From Balanoglossus misakiensis (Eukaryota > Animalia > Hemichordata): a stretch of DNA of 64,000 nucleotides. Made by a program: the position numbers and the translations under genes. The notes beneath the pieces are model-generated. The model was not told the origin of the DNA and ran no database searches. It worked only from the letters and a program-made list of their open reading frames with translations. Of this stretch, positions 48,901-62,500 are shown one piece after another. The stretch covers positions 10,177,200 through 10,241,199 of the forward strand of contig CM082593.2 in assembly GCA_040954595.2 (NCBI GenBank), read 5' to 3'. Each line of letters opens with the position of its first letter. Positions within the stretch are counted from its first letter, which is position 1.

Positions 48901-51900
48901 TCAAAACTTTTATATTTTGTAGGATATTTTGTTTTATCATACATGCAACGCCCGTATTTGGCACTTTCTATTGTTCTCGTCCCGAAGATATTTTACGGTA
49001 TTACACTGAGTGCAATATATCTTCACTCCGCGTCTCGAACTATTTTTGAGAACGCTCGGCACGACAGTTCGCTGCGCGTGCGAGCGACGTACGGGGCATA
49101 GGACGCTAGTGGAGAGCAGTGTTGTAAAATTCGGTTATTAGAAGCTATAATAATGTTTTCAAAGTTGGCTGTTTTGCCATGTTGAATGTATCATTTTTAC
49201 TTCTTCGAAATTCTCAATGCAAAATAATTGTTAACATGATAGTTTGAAAGAGAACGTAGACAATTTTATTTTGAATGCGGATGTGCCCATCGTAGTGAAA
49301 GCTGCCAACCCCCTTAAAATGATACTACGGCCCACACGTCATACGTCACAACATGGCTACTGCCGTGATCCCAGGGCGCCTGTTCAAATTTGAAATTGTT
49401 TTTCTCGGCGCATTTTCGCAAATCGTACTGTTTTATAGGTAGGCATGTATGATAAAGGGGTTATTACACGAATTTTGGTCGATAACGCGACGCATTCTCG
49501 TGATGTCCGTATTTTGATGAGTTGCAAAGCAACGAGTCAAAATACGGACCCCTAAATATACAACAAAACATTTTATCTCCGCGACCAGCTGTTCAATTTG
49601 GTGCATGGACAGTGTTGGACTCTTGATCTGTCTATGTTTAGAAAATTTGATCAAATTCATGATGACTTGGATTGAATTGAATCAATGTTTATTCGCTCTA
49701 GGAACACTTTATTGACTACAAACTTTTGTTTTGTTGTTTGTTGGATGGGTAAAATTTAAGACCTCTCGGCCAACGCGGAGCAGAGTTTAATTAGTTTGAA
49801 GTTGTGAAAATCGACGAAACAGAGCGAAAAAACGGCAATTTGCGCTGTCGGCACATTTCTTCTGCCTCGATTTATCGACACCAGGACCTCCCCCCCCCAA
49901 AAAAAAAATATATCAATTATGGATCATCAAATAACTAGACTGCATCGTCCATGAAATCAAACTCGACGACAAAAAAACTTCGCCGATTCCGAGGTAAACG
50001 CATCCCGACAGGATAAGAACTCCGCTATGTGACATCATCTGATTTCTCTGTAAACATTGGTTGGTCGTTACTTCGGGAACGGCACTTAATCTTCTCGGTT
50101 GGGCCTTTAATTTCCATGACCCCGGTCGATTCGGCCAAGACGCAAACCGATTCTTCACTTTGCAGTTCAGTAAAGTTGGCGAACGGGATAGTCTGTTAAT
50201 GGTGAATGCAGGCCTGTACGCAGTGCTAGCGAACGGGACAAATTGACATAATAAAAGCGAGTGTTGTCAGATTAGTGGGACTGTCATATCATGAACACAA
50301 TACGGGAGGCGTGATAAGGGCATTATAAAGAGCGAGCGTGAAACTGACATGGAAACGATCGACAGTACGGTACAGCACAGTGGCTGTGGGTAGAGCGAGC
50401 ATGTTGCTGTGCCGAACACATTTACCATGTTTGTTAAATACAAAACACACCGACTTGACCTGCGGCCGCAGCTGCAGCTTCCTAACGCGCCCTAATCCAA
50501 GCAGTTTACGATCTCGTGGATCGTGGTTGGACTGACAAAATGACCCAGAAAGAGAACCACATTAGGAAGTATTATAGGTCTGTTTCCTCAAAGTCCAATA
50601 AGTGCAAAACTTAACGCACATCAAAATGTTGCCCAGACAACGGTAGTTAGCAGTTTGCTTGCTCGGTTTGAAATGCGCGGCTGTGGTAGAAAATTACCCC
50701 CTGTTCTTTGGGACGTGAGCCACCCCCCTGAGACAATGGTGCACTCACACTCGAGAACATAGGTTTGCTATTTGCATATACAAATGGAATATTCCTTCGA
50801 ATGCGAGCATGTTCCAGTGCGTTCTAAAATAATAAAATATGCAGCTATAGCATGTATGCATATTCATTAGTGTGTCGTAATGCTAACTTTGGTCTGTGAT
50901 TGGGTAACAAGTCCCACTCTCCATAACAACAGGTGATCATTGACCCGTTTCCGGTGTGCGACGTCGGGTTTCAATCACTTTCCTTCTTACTGCCGCGGGA
51001 TCAAGACGTCTTTTCGGTAGGCTCATAATCCAGTCATTGCTTTTAGTACCATAGCCTATATAGCTACGTTACCGTCGCTCGATTGTTTTGTCTGGTATTA
51101 GGTGATTTGCAGCTATCCGTTCAACACCTTGTAGTTGAACAGAAGTAGGTCTTATTCCAGAAAAAAATCCGAGCTACGGGCGTGCAGCTAGCCATGCCTC
51201 TCGGCCATTCTGTGTATGGCTTCGCTGCTGACCCTGAGGTCATAATCGAGAAAGTCTAGTCATATTCATAGGGCTATACTCTGTGAGAATTTTATTGCTA
51301 GGCCTCTTGCCTAAGCGCACGTAGAGCCAGTGTTTGCATTTTTTTTAATTTTACGGTTTAAACGTGGTTGGTGTATTTTCGCTTTTCTGTTTGTTTTTTC
51401 GTAACATTTTACTGTTTACATGTTGTTGGCGTATTTTCGTTTTTCTGGTGTGATTTCCACCTCACTGTTGGCATACTTAAACAATTATCCTAATTTTTAT
51501 TGGGCAAACCGATAAAACCAGAACCACCACAAGTAAAGAAAATTGTAATCTGTTTGGTGATAACCCTTTTAGCTTTGAAAGATAACCGATTTGATGTTTT
51601 AGTAAAACCAAATTTTTGACCAGGGTGACAAGCATTTTTTTCTCCAAGAGTCGTGTTGCTTTGAAGCATACATTTGGATATATGGTCCCATTTGATGAAA
51701 ACCTGGTTGATGAAAAATGTGCATATTTATAATTTTGTAGAATTTTTTGTCTTTTTTGGTCAAAAATTGTTTTATCTAAAACTGCTTGTCAGATTGCTTT
51801 CAAATTTTGCAGGGTTGTTCCTTGGGAATAATTAAGTGAGATGTTTTAGAAAAATACTTGAAATTTGCATATTTGCGTTTTGTGTGTGATAGTTTTGGAA

Positions 51901-53960
51901 TTTTTCATTAAAAATTATTTTCTTTCAAACTGATTGTCAGATTGCCTTGAGCTTTGGTAGGCATGTTCCCTGAAGCGATTGACGTAAGATATTGTACAAT
52001 TTTGGTGAAAATACTGATTTTTCTGAAACTGCATATGGGATTGCTTTGAAATTTGATAGGATTATTGCAATGGGTAACCCAAGTTTTGTCTGATTGTGTT
52101 GATTTCCCTATACTGAGACTCGCCAAGTACACTATATGTTTATATTACTAGAGAGTTCAGAATCCAATATGGCCGCCATACGAACTGGGACATACTGTGT
52201 AATCAGATTATTTTCTAAACTTGTCATATTTTAATTTCTCGATCTCACAAATAAAAATGAAATGCCAAAAACTGAGTAACTTTCGTTTCTTCCCGCTTGG
52301 TGTCCATTAAAGTCTTTTTCCTCCCACTGGGAAAGTGGCTAGAGTCAATATGTGCATAATGGCAGCATTATATGGCACTGAATAAATGGCAGGGGTGTTT
52401 ACATCTCCTAATTTGTTTTCACTTAAACCATTATAAATATCTAACAGTATATGATCATATTGTGTATGCAACTCGGAGATGTGTTTCACTTCAGGGTTGG
52501 AAGTTTGTTTAGTCAAGTCTGGGAAGTGACATGTCTTCAAAGTGACTGATGTTATCTGCTTAGAGCTGAATGCCCATTGGTGTTCTTTCCTAGGAATACA
52601 TTTTCTTTGCATTTCATAGACCTGTGTATAATTATAATTTCAGTTATATATTCTAATTTGCGTTTAGGTAGAGTATGCATGGAATTAAAATAATTATTCT
52701 GTAATTACCCAACAAAAATGTTTGTCTTACAATTGTCTAGCAAGTGGATATTTTGATTGTTAATTTGCACAGGCAACATTATGGAAGTAGCATAAAGAGT
52801 ATTCAATAATATAGCAGACCTTCTAGCCAGAAAGAAGAGCTTAGAAGATTTATCAGCTCATAATATTCCTTTAACCAATGAACTTTATATGAACTTGCAC
52901 ACCTGCCTTCAAGATACAGGGATTAATGTTCAGGAAACCTTACCAGCTCTAGTACATTTATTTCAGCCAGAAATTGAATTACCAGATAAAAAAATCAGTA
53001 ATTTTACAAAGATACAGTCAGAAAATAAATGGAGAAAGCCAGCAAGGAAGGCATAAAAGTGGAATACATGAAAGACACAGTTAGCTTAAACTACATGTGT
53101 ATGCAGTAAAAACTGTATGGTGCAAGGACGTTCATTTTTATGATTTATAGCCAGCCAGTCTTTCCATGCATATCATACCAAAATTAATATGAAAATTGTG
53201 TAAATGTTAATAGACTACAAGGAAAGTACAAATACATGTAGAAATTACACTATCCAACTTTCTCCACTTTTGATATCTGCTCAACACAGGCAAGCAAAAG
53301 GGCCGATCTGAGAGTTTGACTTGAATGATGGCAATTTTTGCTGTCCAGAAGTAACTGTATAAAATATTTTTTGGTAGTAGTATTATTGCTCAAAATACAC
53401 AAGAATTTAAATATCTCCGCTCGCTACAGTGATTGAACTGATTTTCAGCAAATTGCAGTGTATAAATAAACATTGCCATCTAATGAAATATCAATCCAAT
53501 ATGGCCGCCCATTTGCAATGGTAAAATGCTAGGTTTTTCCTTTTTTGAGCGCCTGGGAATTTAAATTATAATCCAGATATCAAACACTTAAGTCACTATC
53601 TGTATCTGCACATATATTGTAATATATTCTGAAAATTTCGTTACAATTAGATCAACTATGATTGAGACACGGAACATCAAACATTGCAAAATTTCATATT
53701 TCCCATGGTGCCATGCAAAAAATAGAGAGATTTTCTTTACAAGTTTAGATGATCTCCTGTAAAACTGAAAGAAGTATTCTTCTGTGAATCGTGCATAATT
53801 TTTTGAAAAATGTTGAAGGTACTTGAGAATATCAGTATTTTTTGATGCTTTTGTACCTTGAAAACTGGTGAACCGATTTTGATAATTTTCTTTATTATAA
53901 CCTACAAAGACCTATAAACATTTTTTATCAGTAAAATAAACAGCCTTATATAATTTTACT

Positions 53961-54649
53961 GGTCCAGCTGTTACAGAGACCACTGGCTATTTTATTATAA
54001 ACTGGTGGTAGGTCAGTGAATGCCTCTGTCTGATTGGACTAATTAGCTTGTCATACTCGCATGTATTTTTAAAGACAGTTTTTGGACAACAATCAGCTGT
54101 GGTCCAGCTGTTACAGAGACCTCCGGCTATTTATTATAAACTGGTGGTAGGTCAGTAAATGCCTCTGTCTGATTGGACTAATTAGCTTGTCATACTCGCA
54201 TGTATTTTACAGACAGTTTTTGGACAAAAATCAGTTGTGGTCCAGCTGTTACAGAGACCACCGGCTATTTTATTATAAACTGGTGGTAGGTCAGTGAATG
54301 CCTCTGTCTGATAGGACTAATTAGCTTGTCATACTCGCATGTATTTTACAGACAATTTTTGGACAAAAATCAGTTGTGGTCCAGCTGTTACAGAGACCAC
54401 CGACTATTTTATTATAAACTGGTGGTAGGTCAGTGAATGCCCTTGTCTGATAGGACTAATTAGCTTGTCATACTCGCATGAATTTTACAGACAGTTTTTG
54501 GACAAAAATCAGCTGTGGTCCAGCTGTTACAGAGACCACCGGTTATTTTATTATAAACTGGTGGTAGGTCAGTGAATGCCTCTGTCTGATTGGACTAATT
54601 AGCTTGTCATACTCGCATGTATTTTACAGACAGTTTTTGGACAAAAATC
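53961..54649. repeat. ~139-bp minisatellite, 5 copies
   Basis: GGTCCAGCTGTTACAGAGACC at 53961, 54101, 54239, 54378 and 54517. Confidence 0.95.
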
Positions 54650-54867
54650 TGTTTTTTTAGTGCTGCTTGTAGGATTGCAGTGACACATAACACTTGATTG
54701 GGCATAGTGAATTTTTTTATGTTTCCATAGTATTTGAATATTTTTGCCATATATGCTTGCCAATGTCGCCCGTGATTTTAATTCTGGCGAATACCTAAAA
54801 TCTGTGTAATCCCCAAATGGCACAACAGTATCCTATATGCTATGTTTTAAGAAGTTAATTATACATA

Positions 54868-56599
54868 GATATGCATCTTGTTAAAATGCACAACAGTCAC
54901 GATTTTGTTCACACGAGTTTGATTGCTGCCAGGACATAACCCAAATATTTTGATAATTTTGGCAATGACCTTTGAACTACTATCCCATGCCTTGGCATGT
55001 ACAGCAGATACAGCCTTCAAATTTGGAGGACTGGAACACCTAATGAAGTACATGTATTAACTTTAACACAATAATTATGTACATAAGCTCTTTAAAGTTA
55101 CCCAATAGATCTTAGAAGTCTGGTTTTTGCTGGACACTGATTAGTTTGATATCAAAATTTGTTGGCCCAACTTTGCGTGAACTCTGGCTTACTTACCATT
55201 TCTCAGCACCCATAACAAATACAGCCTTTGCTTTCTGTTGGAACCATGCTAACCACTTTGGCTCCTCCAATGCTGCTTATAGTTGGGTCTTCTTCATGGC
55301 AGCCATATTTGATTTTTGGATAACCTTTAAAAGTTGACATTTTTTTCAAAAATTACAAGGCCAATCAAGTTCTAATTTACAGTCCGTTCCAATTTTTTTC
55401 AATAATATTGTTAGTGGTCATGCGAATTTGGATTCATTATGGATTTTTGAAAAATCTCATGAAAAATTTCCAAAGTCTTTTTTTAATCAAGCTTTCAAGT
55501 GAATTGTGATTGCTTTAACCTCATTCGAGCCAAATTGTATTTTCTGAACACCGATGAAAAACAAAGATTTCCTATTTCTAGCCTACTCATTGATAGCACA
55601 CAAATTAATTTTATTGATACGAGTCACCATATGACTAGAATACGTTACATTTTTGGCAACTTTCACATGTTCTTTGATCCAGTTGTTTTTCAGAATTTGA
55701 TTAAACAATTTATTGGCCACTCTCACATGTCCTTTGATCCAGTAATTCTAGAACTTAATTTTATGTGGATATGCCTCTTGTTAAAAAGCACAACAGTCAT
55801 GATTTTGTTCACATGAGAACTATTGCTGCCAGGACATAACCCAACTATTTTTATAATTCTGGCAATGATCTACTTTCCCATAACTTGCCATGCACAGCAG
55901 ATACAGCTTTCAAATTTAGGGGACTGGAACATCTAATGAAGTATTAATCTTTAACACAATACTTATGTACGTATCCTATTTAAAGTTAACCAATAGAGCT
56001 TAGAACTTTGGTTCTTGTTGAACACTGATCAGTTTGATATCAGATTTTGTTGGCACAATTTTGCGTGACCTCTGGCTTACTTACCATTTCTAGCCATCCA
56101 AAAAAGATACAGAGCTTGCTTTCTGTTGGAACCATGTTAACTGCTTTGGCACCTGTAATGCTGCATGTTCCTTTAATTGTCTTCTTCATGGTGGCTATAT
56201 TGAATTTTCTGATAACCTCTAAAAGTTGACATTTTTTTCAAAACTACAGGGCCAATCAAGTTCTAATTTACTGTCCCTTCCAATTTTTTTCAATAATATT
56301 GTTAGTGGTCATGCGAATTTGGATTCATTATGGATTTTTGAAAAATGTCATGAAAAATTTCCAAAGTCTTTTTTTAATCAAGCTTTCAAGTGTATTGTGA
56401 TTGCTTTAACCTTATTCGAGCCAAATTGGATTTTCTGAACTCTGATTAAAAACGAAGATTTCCTATTTCTAGCCTACTCATTGAAAGCACGCAAATTCAT
56501 TTTATTGATATGAGTCACCATATGAATAGAATACTTTACATTTTTTGGCAAATTTCACATGTCCTTTGATTCAGATTTGTTAGAACTGAATTGTACTTG
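54868..56599. repeat. Two tandem copies of an ~830-900-bp unit (satellite progenitor)
   Basis: Units start at 54868, 55768 and 56600 with GATATG.CTCTTGTTAAAA.GCACAACAGTC. The internal sequence is collinear (e.g. 55330-55680 versus 56220-56570). Confidence 0.9.
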
Positions 56600-59500
56600 G
56601 ATATGTCTCTTGTTAAAAAGCACAACAGTCATGATTGTGTTCACTTGAGTTTTGTCGCTGCCAGGACATAACCGAAATATTTTGATAATTTTGGCAATGA
56701 CCCTTGATCTACTTGGATATGTCTCATGTTAAAAAGCACAACAGTCTTGATTTTGTTCACACGAGTTTTATCGCTGCCAGGACATAACCAAAATATTTTG
56801 ATAATTTTGGCAATGACCCTTGATCTACTTGGATATGTCTCTTGTTAAAAAGCACAACAGTCTTGATTTTGTTCACATGAGTTTTATCGCTGCCAGGACA
56901 TAACAAAAATATTTTGATAATTTTGGCAATGACTCTTGATCTACTTGGATATGTCTCTTGTTAAAAAGCACAACAGTCTTGATTTTGTTCACATGAGTTT
57001 TATCACTGCCAGGACATAACCCAAATATATTGATAATTTTGGCAATGACCCTTGATCTACTTGGATATGTCTCTTGTTAAAATACACAACAGTCTTGATT
57101 TTGTTCACATGAGTTTTATCGCTGCCAGGACATAACCCAAATATTTTGATAATTTTGGCAATGACCCTTGATCTACTTGGATATGTCTCTTGTTAAAAAG
57201 CACAACAGTCATGATTGTGTTCACACGAGTTTTATTGCTGCCAGGACATAACCCAAATATTTTGTTAAGTTTGGCAATGACCCTTGATCTTCTTGGATAT
57301 GTCTCTTGTTAAAAAGCACAACTGTCATGATTTTGTTCACATGAGTTTTATTGCTGCCAGGACATAACCCAAATATTTTGATAATTTTGGCAATGACCCT
57401 TGATCTACTTGGATATGTCTCTTGTTAAAAAGCACAACAGTCAGGATTTTGTTCACATGAGTTTTATCACTGCCAGGACATAACCCAAATATATTGATAA
57501 TTTTGGCAATGACCCTTGATCTACTTGGATATGTCTCTTGTTAAAATACACAACATTCTTGATTTTGTTCACATGAGTTTTATCGCTGCCAGGACATAAC
57601 CCAAATATTTTGATAATTTTGGCAATGACCCTTGATCTACTTGGATATGTCTCTTGTTAAAAAGCACAACAGTCATGATTGTGTTAACACGAGTTTTATT
57701 GCTGCCAGGACATAACCCAAATATTTTGATAATTTTGGCAATGACCCTTGATCTTCTTGGATATGTCTCTTGTTAAAAAGCACAACAGTCATGATTTTGT
57801 TCACATGAGTTTTATTGCTGCCAGGACATAACCCAAATATTTTGATAATTTTGGCAATGACCCTTGATCGACTTGGATATGTCTCTTGTTAAAAAGCACA
57901 ACAGTCATGATTTTGTTTACGTGACTACTATTGCTGCCAGGACTTAACCCAAATATTTTGATAATTTTGGCAATGACCCTTGATCTACTTAGATATGTCT
58001 CTTGATAAAAAGCACAACAGTCATGATTGTGTTCACACGAGTTTTATTGCTGCCAGGACATAACCCAAATATTTTTATAATTTTGGCCATGACCCTTGAT
58101 CTACTTGGATATGTCTCTTGATAATAAGCACAACAGTCATGATTGTGTTCACATGAGTTTTATTGCTGCCAGGACATAACCCAAATATTTTGATAATTTT
58201 GGTAATGACCCTTGATCTTCTTGGATATGTCTCTTGTTAAAAAGCACAACAGTCATGATTGTGTTCACACGAGTTTTATTGCTGCCAGGACATAACCCAA
58301 ATATTTTGATAATTTTGGCAATGACCCTTGATCTACTTGGATATGTCTCTTGTTAAAAAGCACAACAGTCAGGATTTTGTTCACATGAGTTTTATCACTG
58401 CCAGGACATAACCCAAATATATTGATAATTTTGGCAATGACCCTTGATCTACTTGGATATGTCTCTTGTTAAAAAGCACAACAGTCAGGATTTTGTTCAC
58501 ATGAGTACTATTGCTGGCAGGACATAACCAAACTATTTTGATAATTTTGGCAATAACTCTTCATCTACTTGGATATGTCTCTTGTTAAAATGCACAACAT
58601 ACATGATTTTGTTCACATGAATTCTATTGCTGTCAGGACATAACCCGAATATTTTGATAATTATGGCAATGACCCTTGAACTACTTGGATATGTCTCTTG
58701 ATAAACAGCCCAACAGTCATGATTGTGTTCACACGAGTTTTATTGCTGCCAGGACATAACCCAAATATTTTTATAATTTTGGCCATGACCCTTGATCTAC
58801 TTGGATATGTCTCTTGTTAAAAAGCACAACAGTCATGATTTTGTTTACGTGACTACTATTGCTGCCAGGACTTAACCCAAATATTTTGATAATTTTGGCA
58901 ATGACCCTTGATCTACTTGGATATGTCTCTTGATAAAAAGCACAACAGTCATGATTGTGTTCACATGAGTTTTATTGCTGCCAGGACATAACCCAAATAT
59001 TTTGATAATTTTGGTAATGACCCTTGATCTTCTTGGATATGTCTCTTGTTAAAAAGCACAACAGTCATGATTGTGTTCACACGAGTTTTATTGCTGCCAG
59101 GACATAACCCAAATATTTCGATAATTTTGGCAATGACCCTTGATCTACTTGGATATGTCTCTTGTTAAAAAGCACAACAGTCAGGATTTTGTTCACATGA
59201 GTTTTATCACTGCCAGGACATAACCCAAATATATTGATAATTTTGGCAATGACCCTTGATCTGCTTGGATATGTCTCTTGTTAAAAAGCACAACAGTCAG
59301 GATTTTGTTCACATGAGTACTATTGCTGGCAGGACATAACCAAACTATTTTGATAATTTTGGCAATAACTCTTCATCTACTTGGATATGTCTCTTGTTAA
59401 AATGCACAACATACATGATTTTGTTCACATGAATTCTATTGCTGTCAGGACATAACCCGAATATTTTGATAATTATGGCAATGACCCTTGAACTACTTGG

Positions 59501-62500
59501 ATATGTCTCTTGATAAACAGCCCAACAGTCATGATTGTGTTCACACGAGTTTTATTGCTGCCAGGACATAACCCAAATATTTTTATAATTTTGGCCATGA
59601 CCCTTGATCTACTTGGATATGTCTCTTGTTAAAAAGCACAACAGTCATGATTTTGTTTACGTGACTACTATTGCTGCCAGGACTTAACCCAAATATTTTG
59701 ATAATTTTGGCAATGACCCTTGATCTACTTAGATATGTCTCTTGATAAAAAGCACAACAGTCATGATTGTGTTCACACGAGTTTTATTGCTGCCAGGACA
59801 TAACCCAAATATTTTTATAATTTTGGCAATGACCCTTGAACTACTTGGATATGTCTCTTGATAAACAGCCCAACAGTCATGATTGTGTTCACACGAGTTT
59901 TATTGCTGCCAGGACATAACAAAAATATTTTGATAATTTTGGCAATGACTCTTGATCTACTTGGATATGTCTCTTGTTAAAAAGCACAACAGTCTTGATT
60001 TTGTTCACATGAGTTTTATCACTGCCAGGACATAACCCAAATATATTGATAATTTTGGCAATGACCCTTGATCTACTTGGATATGTCTCTTGTTAAAATA
60101 CACAACAGTCTTGATTTTGTTCACACGAGTTTTATTGCTGCCAGGACATAACCCAAATATTTCGATAATTTTGGCAATGACCCTTGATCTACTTGGATAT
60201 GTCTCTTGATAAAAAGCACAACAGTCATGATTGTGTTCACATGAGTTTTATTGCTGCCAGGACATAACCCAAATATTTTGATAATTTTGGTAATGACCCT
60301 TGATCTTCTTGGATATGTCTCTTGTTAAAAAGCACAACAGTCATGATTGTGTTCACACGAGTTTTATTGCTGCCAGGACATAACCCAAATATTTCGATAA
60401 TTTTGGCAATGACCCTTGATCTACTTGGATATGTCTCTTGTTAAAAAGCACAACAGTCAGGATTTTGTTCACATGAGTTTTATCACTGCCAGGACATAAC
60501 CCAAATATATTGATAATTTTGGCAATGACCCTTGATCTGCTTGGATATGTCTCTTGTTAAAAAGCACAACAGTCAGGATTTTGTTCACATGAGTACTATT
60601 GCTGGCAGGACATAACCAAACTATTTTGATAATTTTGGCAATAACTCTTCATCTACTTGGATATGTCTCTTGTTAAAATGCACAACATACATGATTTTGT
60701 TCACATGAATTCTATTGCTGTCAGGACATAACCCGAATATTTTGATAATTATGGCAATGACCCTTGAACTACTTGGATATGTCTCTTGATAAACAGCCCA
60801 ACAGTCATGATTGTGTTCACACGAGTTTTATTGCTGCCAGGACATAACCCAAATATTTTTATAATTTTGGCCATGACCCTTGATCTACTTGGATATGTCT
60901 CTTGTTAAAAAGCACAACAGTCATGATTTTGTTTACGTGACTACTATTGCTGCCAGGACTTAACCCAAATATTTTGATAATTTTGGCAATGACCCTTGAT
61001 CTACTTAGATATGTCTCTTGATAAAAAGCACAACAGTCATGATTGTGTTCACACGAGTTTTATTGCTGCCAGGACATAACCCAAATATTTTTATAATTTT
61101 GGCAATGACCCTTGAACTACTTGGATATGTCTCTTGATAAACAGCCCAACAGTCATGATTGTGTTCACACGAGTTTTATTGCTGCCAGGACATAACAAAA
61201 ATATATTGATAATTTTGGCAATGACCCTTGATCTACTTGGATATGTCTCTTGATAAAAAGCACAACAGTCATGATTGTGTTCACATGAGTTTTATTGCTG
61301 CCAGGACATAACCCAAATATTTTGATAATTTTGGTAATGACCCTTGATCTTCTTGGATATGTCTCTTGTTAAAAAGCACAACAGTCATGATTGTGTTCAC
61401 ACGAGTTTTATTGCTGCCAGGACATAACCCAAATATTTCGATAATTTTGGCAATGACCCTTGATCTACTTGGATATGTCTCTTGTTAAAAAGCACAACAG
61501 TCAGGATTTTGTTCACATGAGTTTTATCACTGCCAGGACATAACCCAAATATATTGATAATTTTGGCAATGACCCTTGATCTGCTTGGATATGTCTCTTG
61601 TTAAAAAGCACAACAGTCAGGATTTTGTTCACATGAGTACTATTGCTGGCAGGACATAACCAAACTATTTTGATAATTTTGGCAATAACTCTTCATCTAC
61701 TTGGATATGTCTCTTGTTAAAATGCACAACATACATGATTTTGTTCACATGAATTCTATTGCTGTCAGGACATAACCCGAATATTTTGATAATTATGGCA
61801 ATGACCCTTGAACTACTTGGATATGTCTCTTGATAAACAGCCCAACAGTCATGATTGTGTTCACACGAGTTTTATTGCTGCCAGGACATAACCCAAATAT
61901 TTTTATAATTTTGGCCATGACCCTTGATCTACTTGGATATGTCTCTTGTTAAAAAGCACAACAGTCATGATTTTGTTTACGTGACTACTATTGCTGCCAG
62001 GACTTAACCCAAATATTTTGATAATTTTGGCAATGACCCTTGATCTACTTAGATATGTCTCTTGATAAAAAGCACAACAGTCATGATTGTGTTCACACGA
62101 GTTTTATTGCTGCCAGGACATAACCCAAATATTTTTATAATTTTGGCAATGACCCTTGAACTACTTGGATATGTCTCTTGATAAACAGCCCAACAGTCAT
62201 GATTGTGTTCACACGAGTTTTATTGCTGCCAGGACATAACAAAAATATTTTGATAATTTTGGCAATGACTCTTGATCTACTTGGATATGTCTCTTGTTAA
62301 AAAGCACAACAGTCTTGATTTTGTTCACATGAGTTTTATCACTGCCAGGACATAACCCAAATATATTGATAATTTTGGCAATGACCCTTGATCTACTTGG
62401 ATATGTCTCTTGTTAAAATACACAACAGTCTTGATTTTGTTCACATGAGTTTTATCGCTGCCAGGACATAACCCAAATATTTTGATAATTTTGGCAATGA

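Noticed and set aside
52307-53090. Possible coding relics (101-aa - strand ORF; + strand stretch after 52772)
   Set aside because: No family could be recognised, so evidence is insufficient to call a feature.
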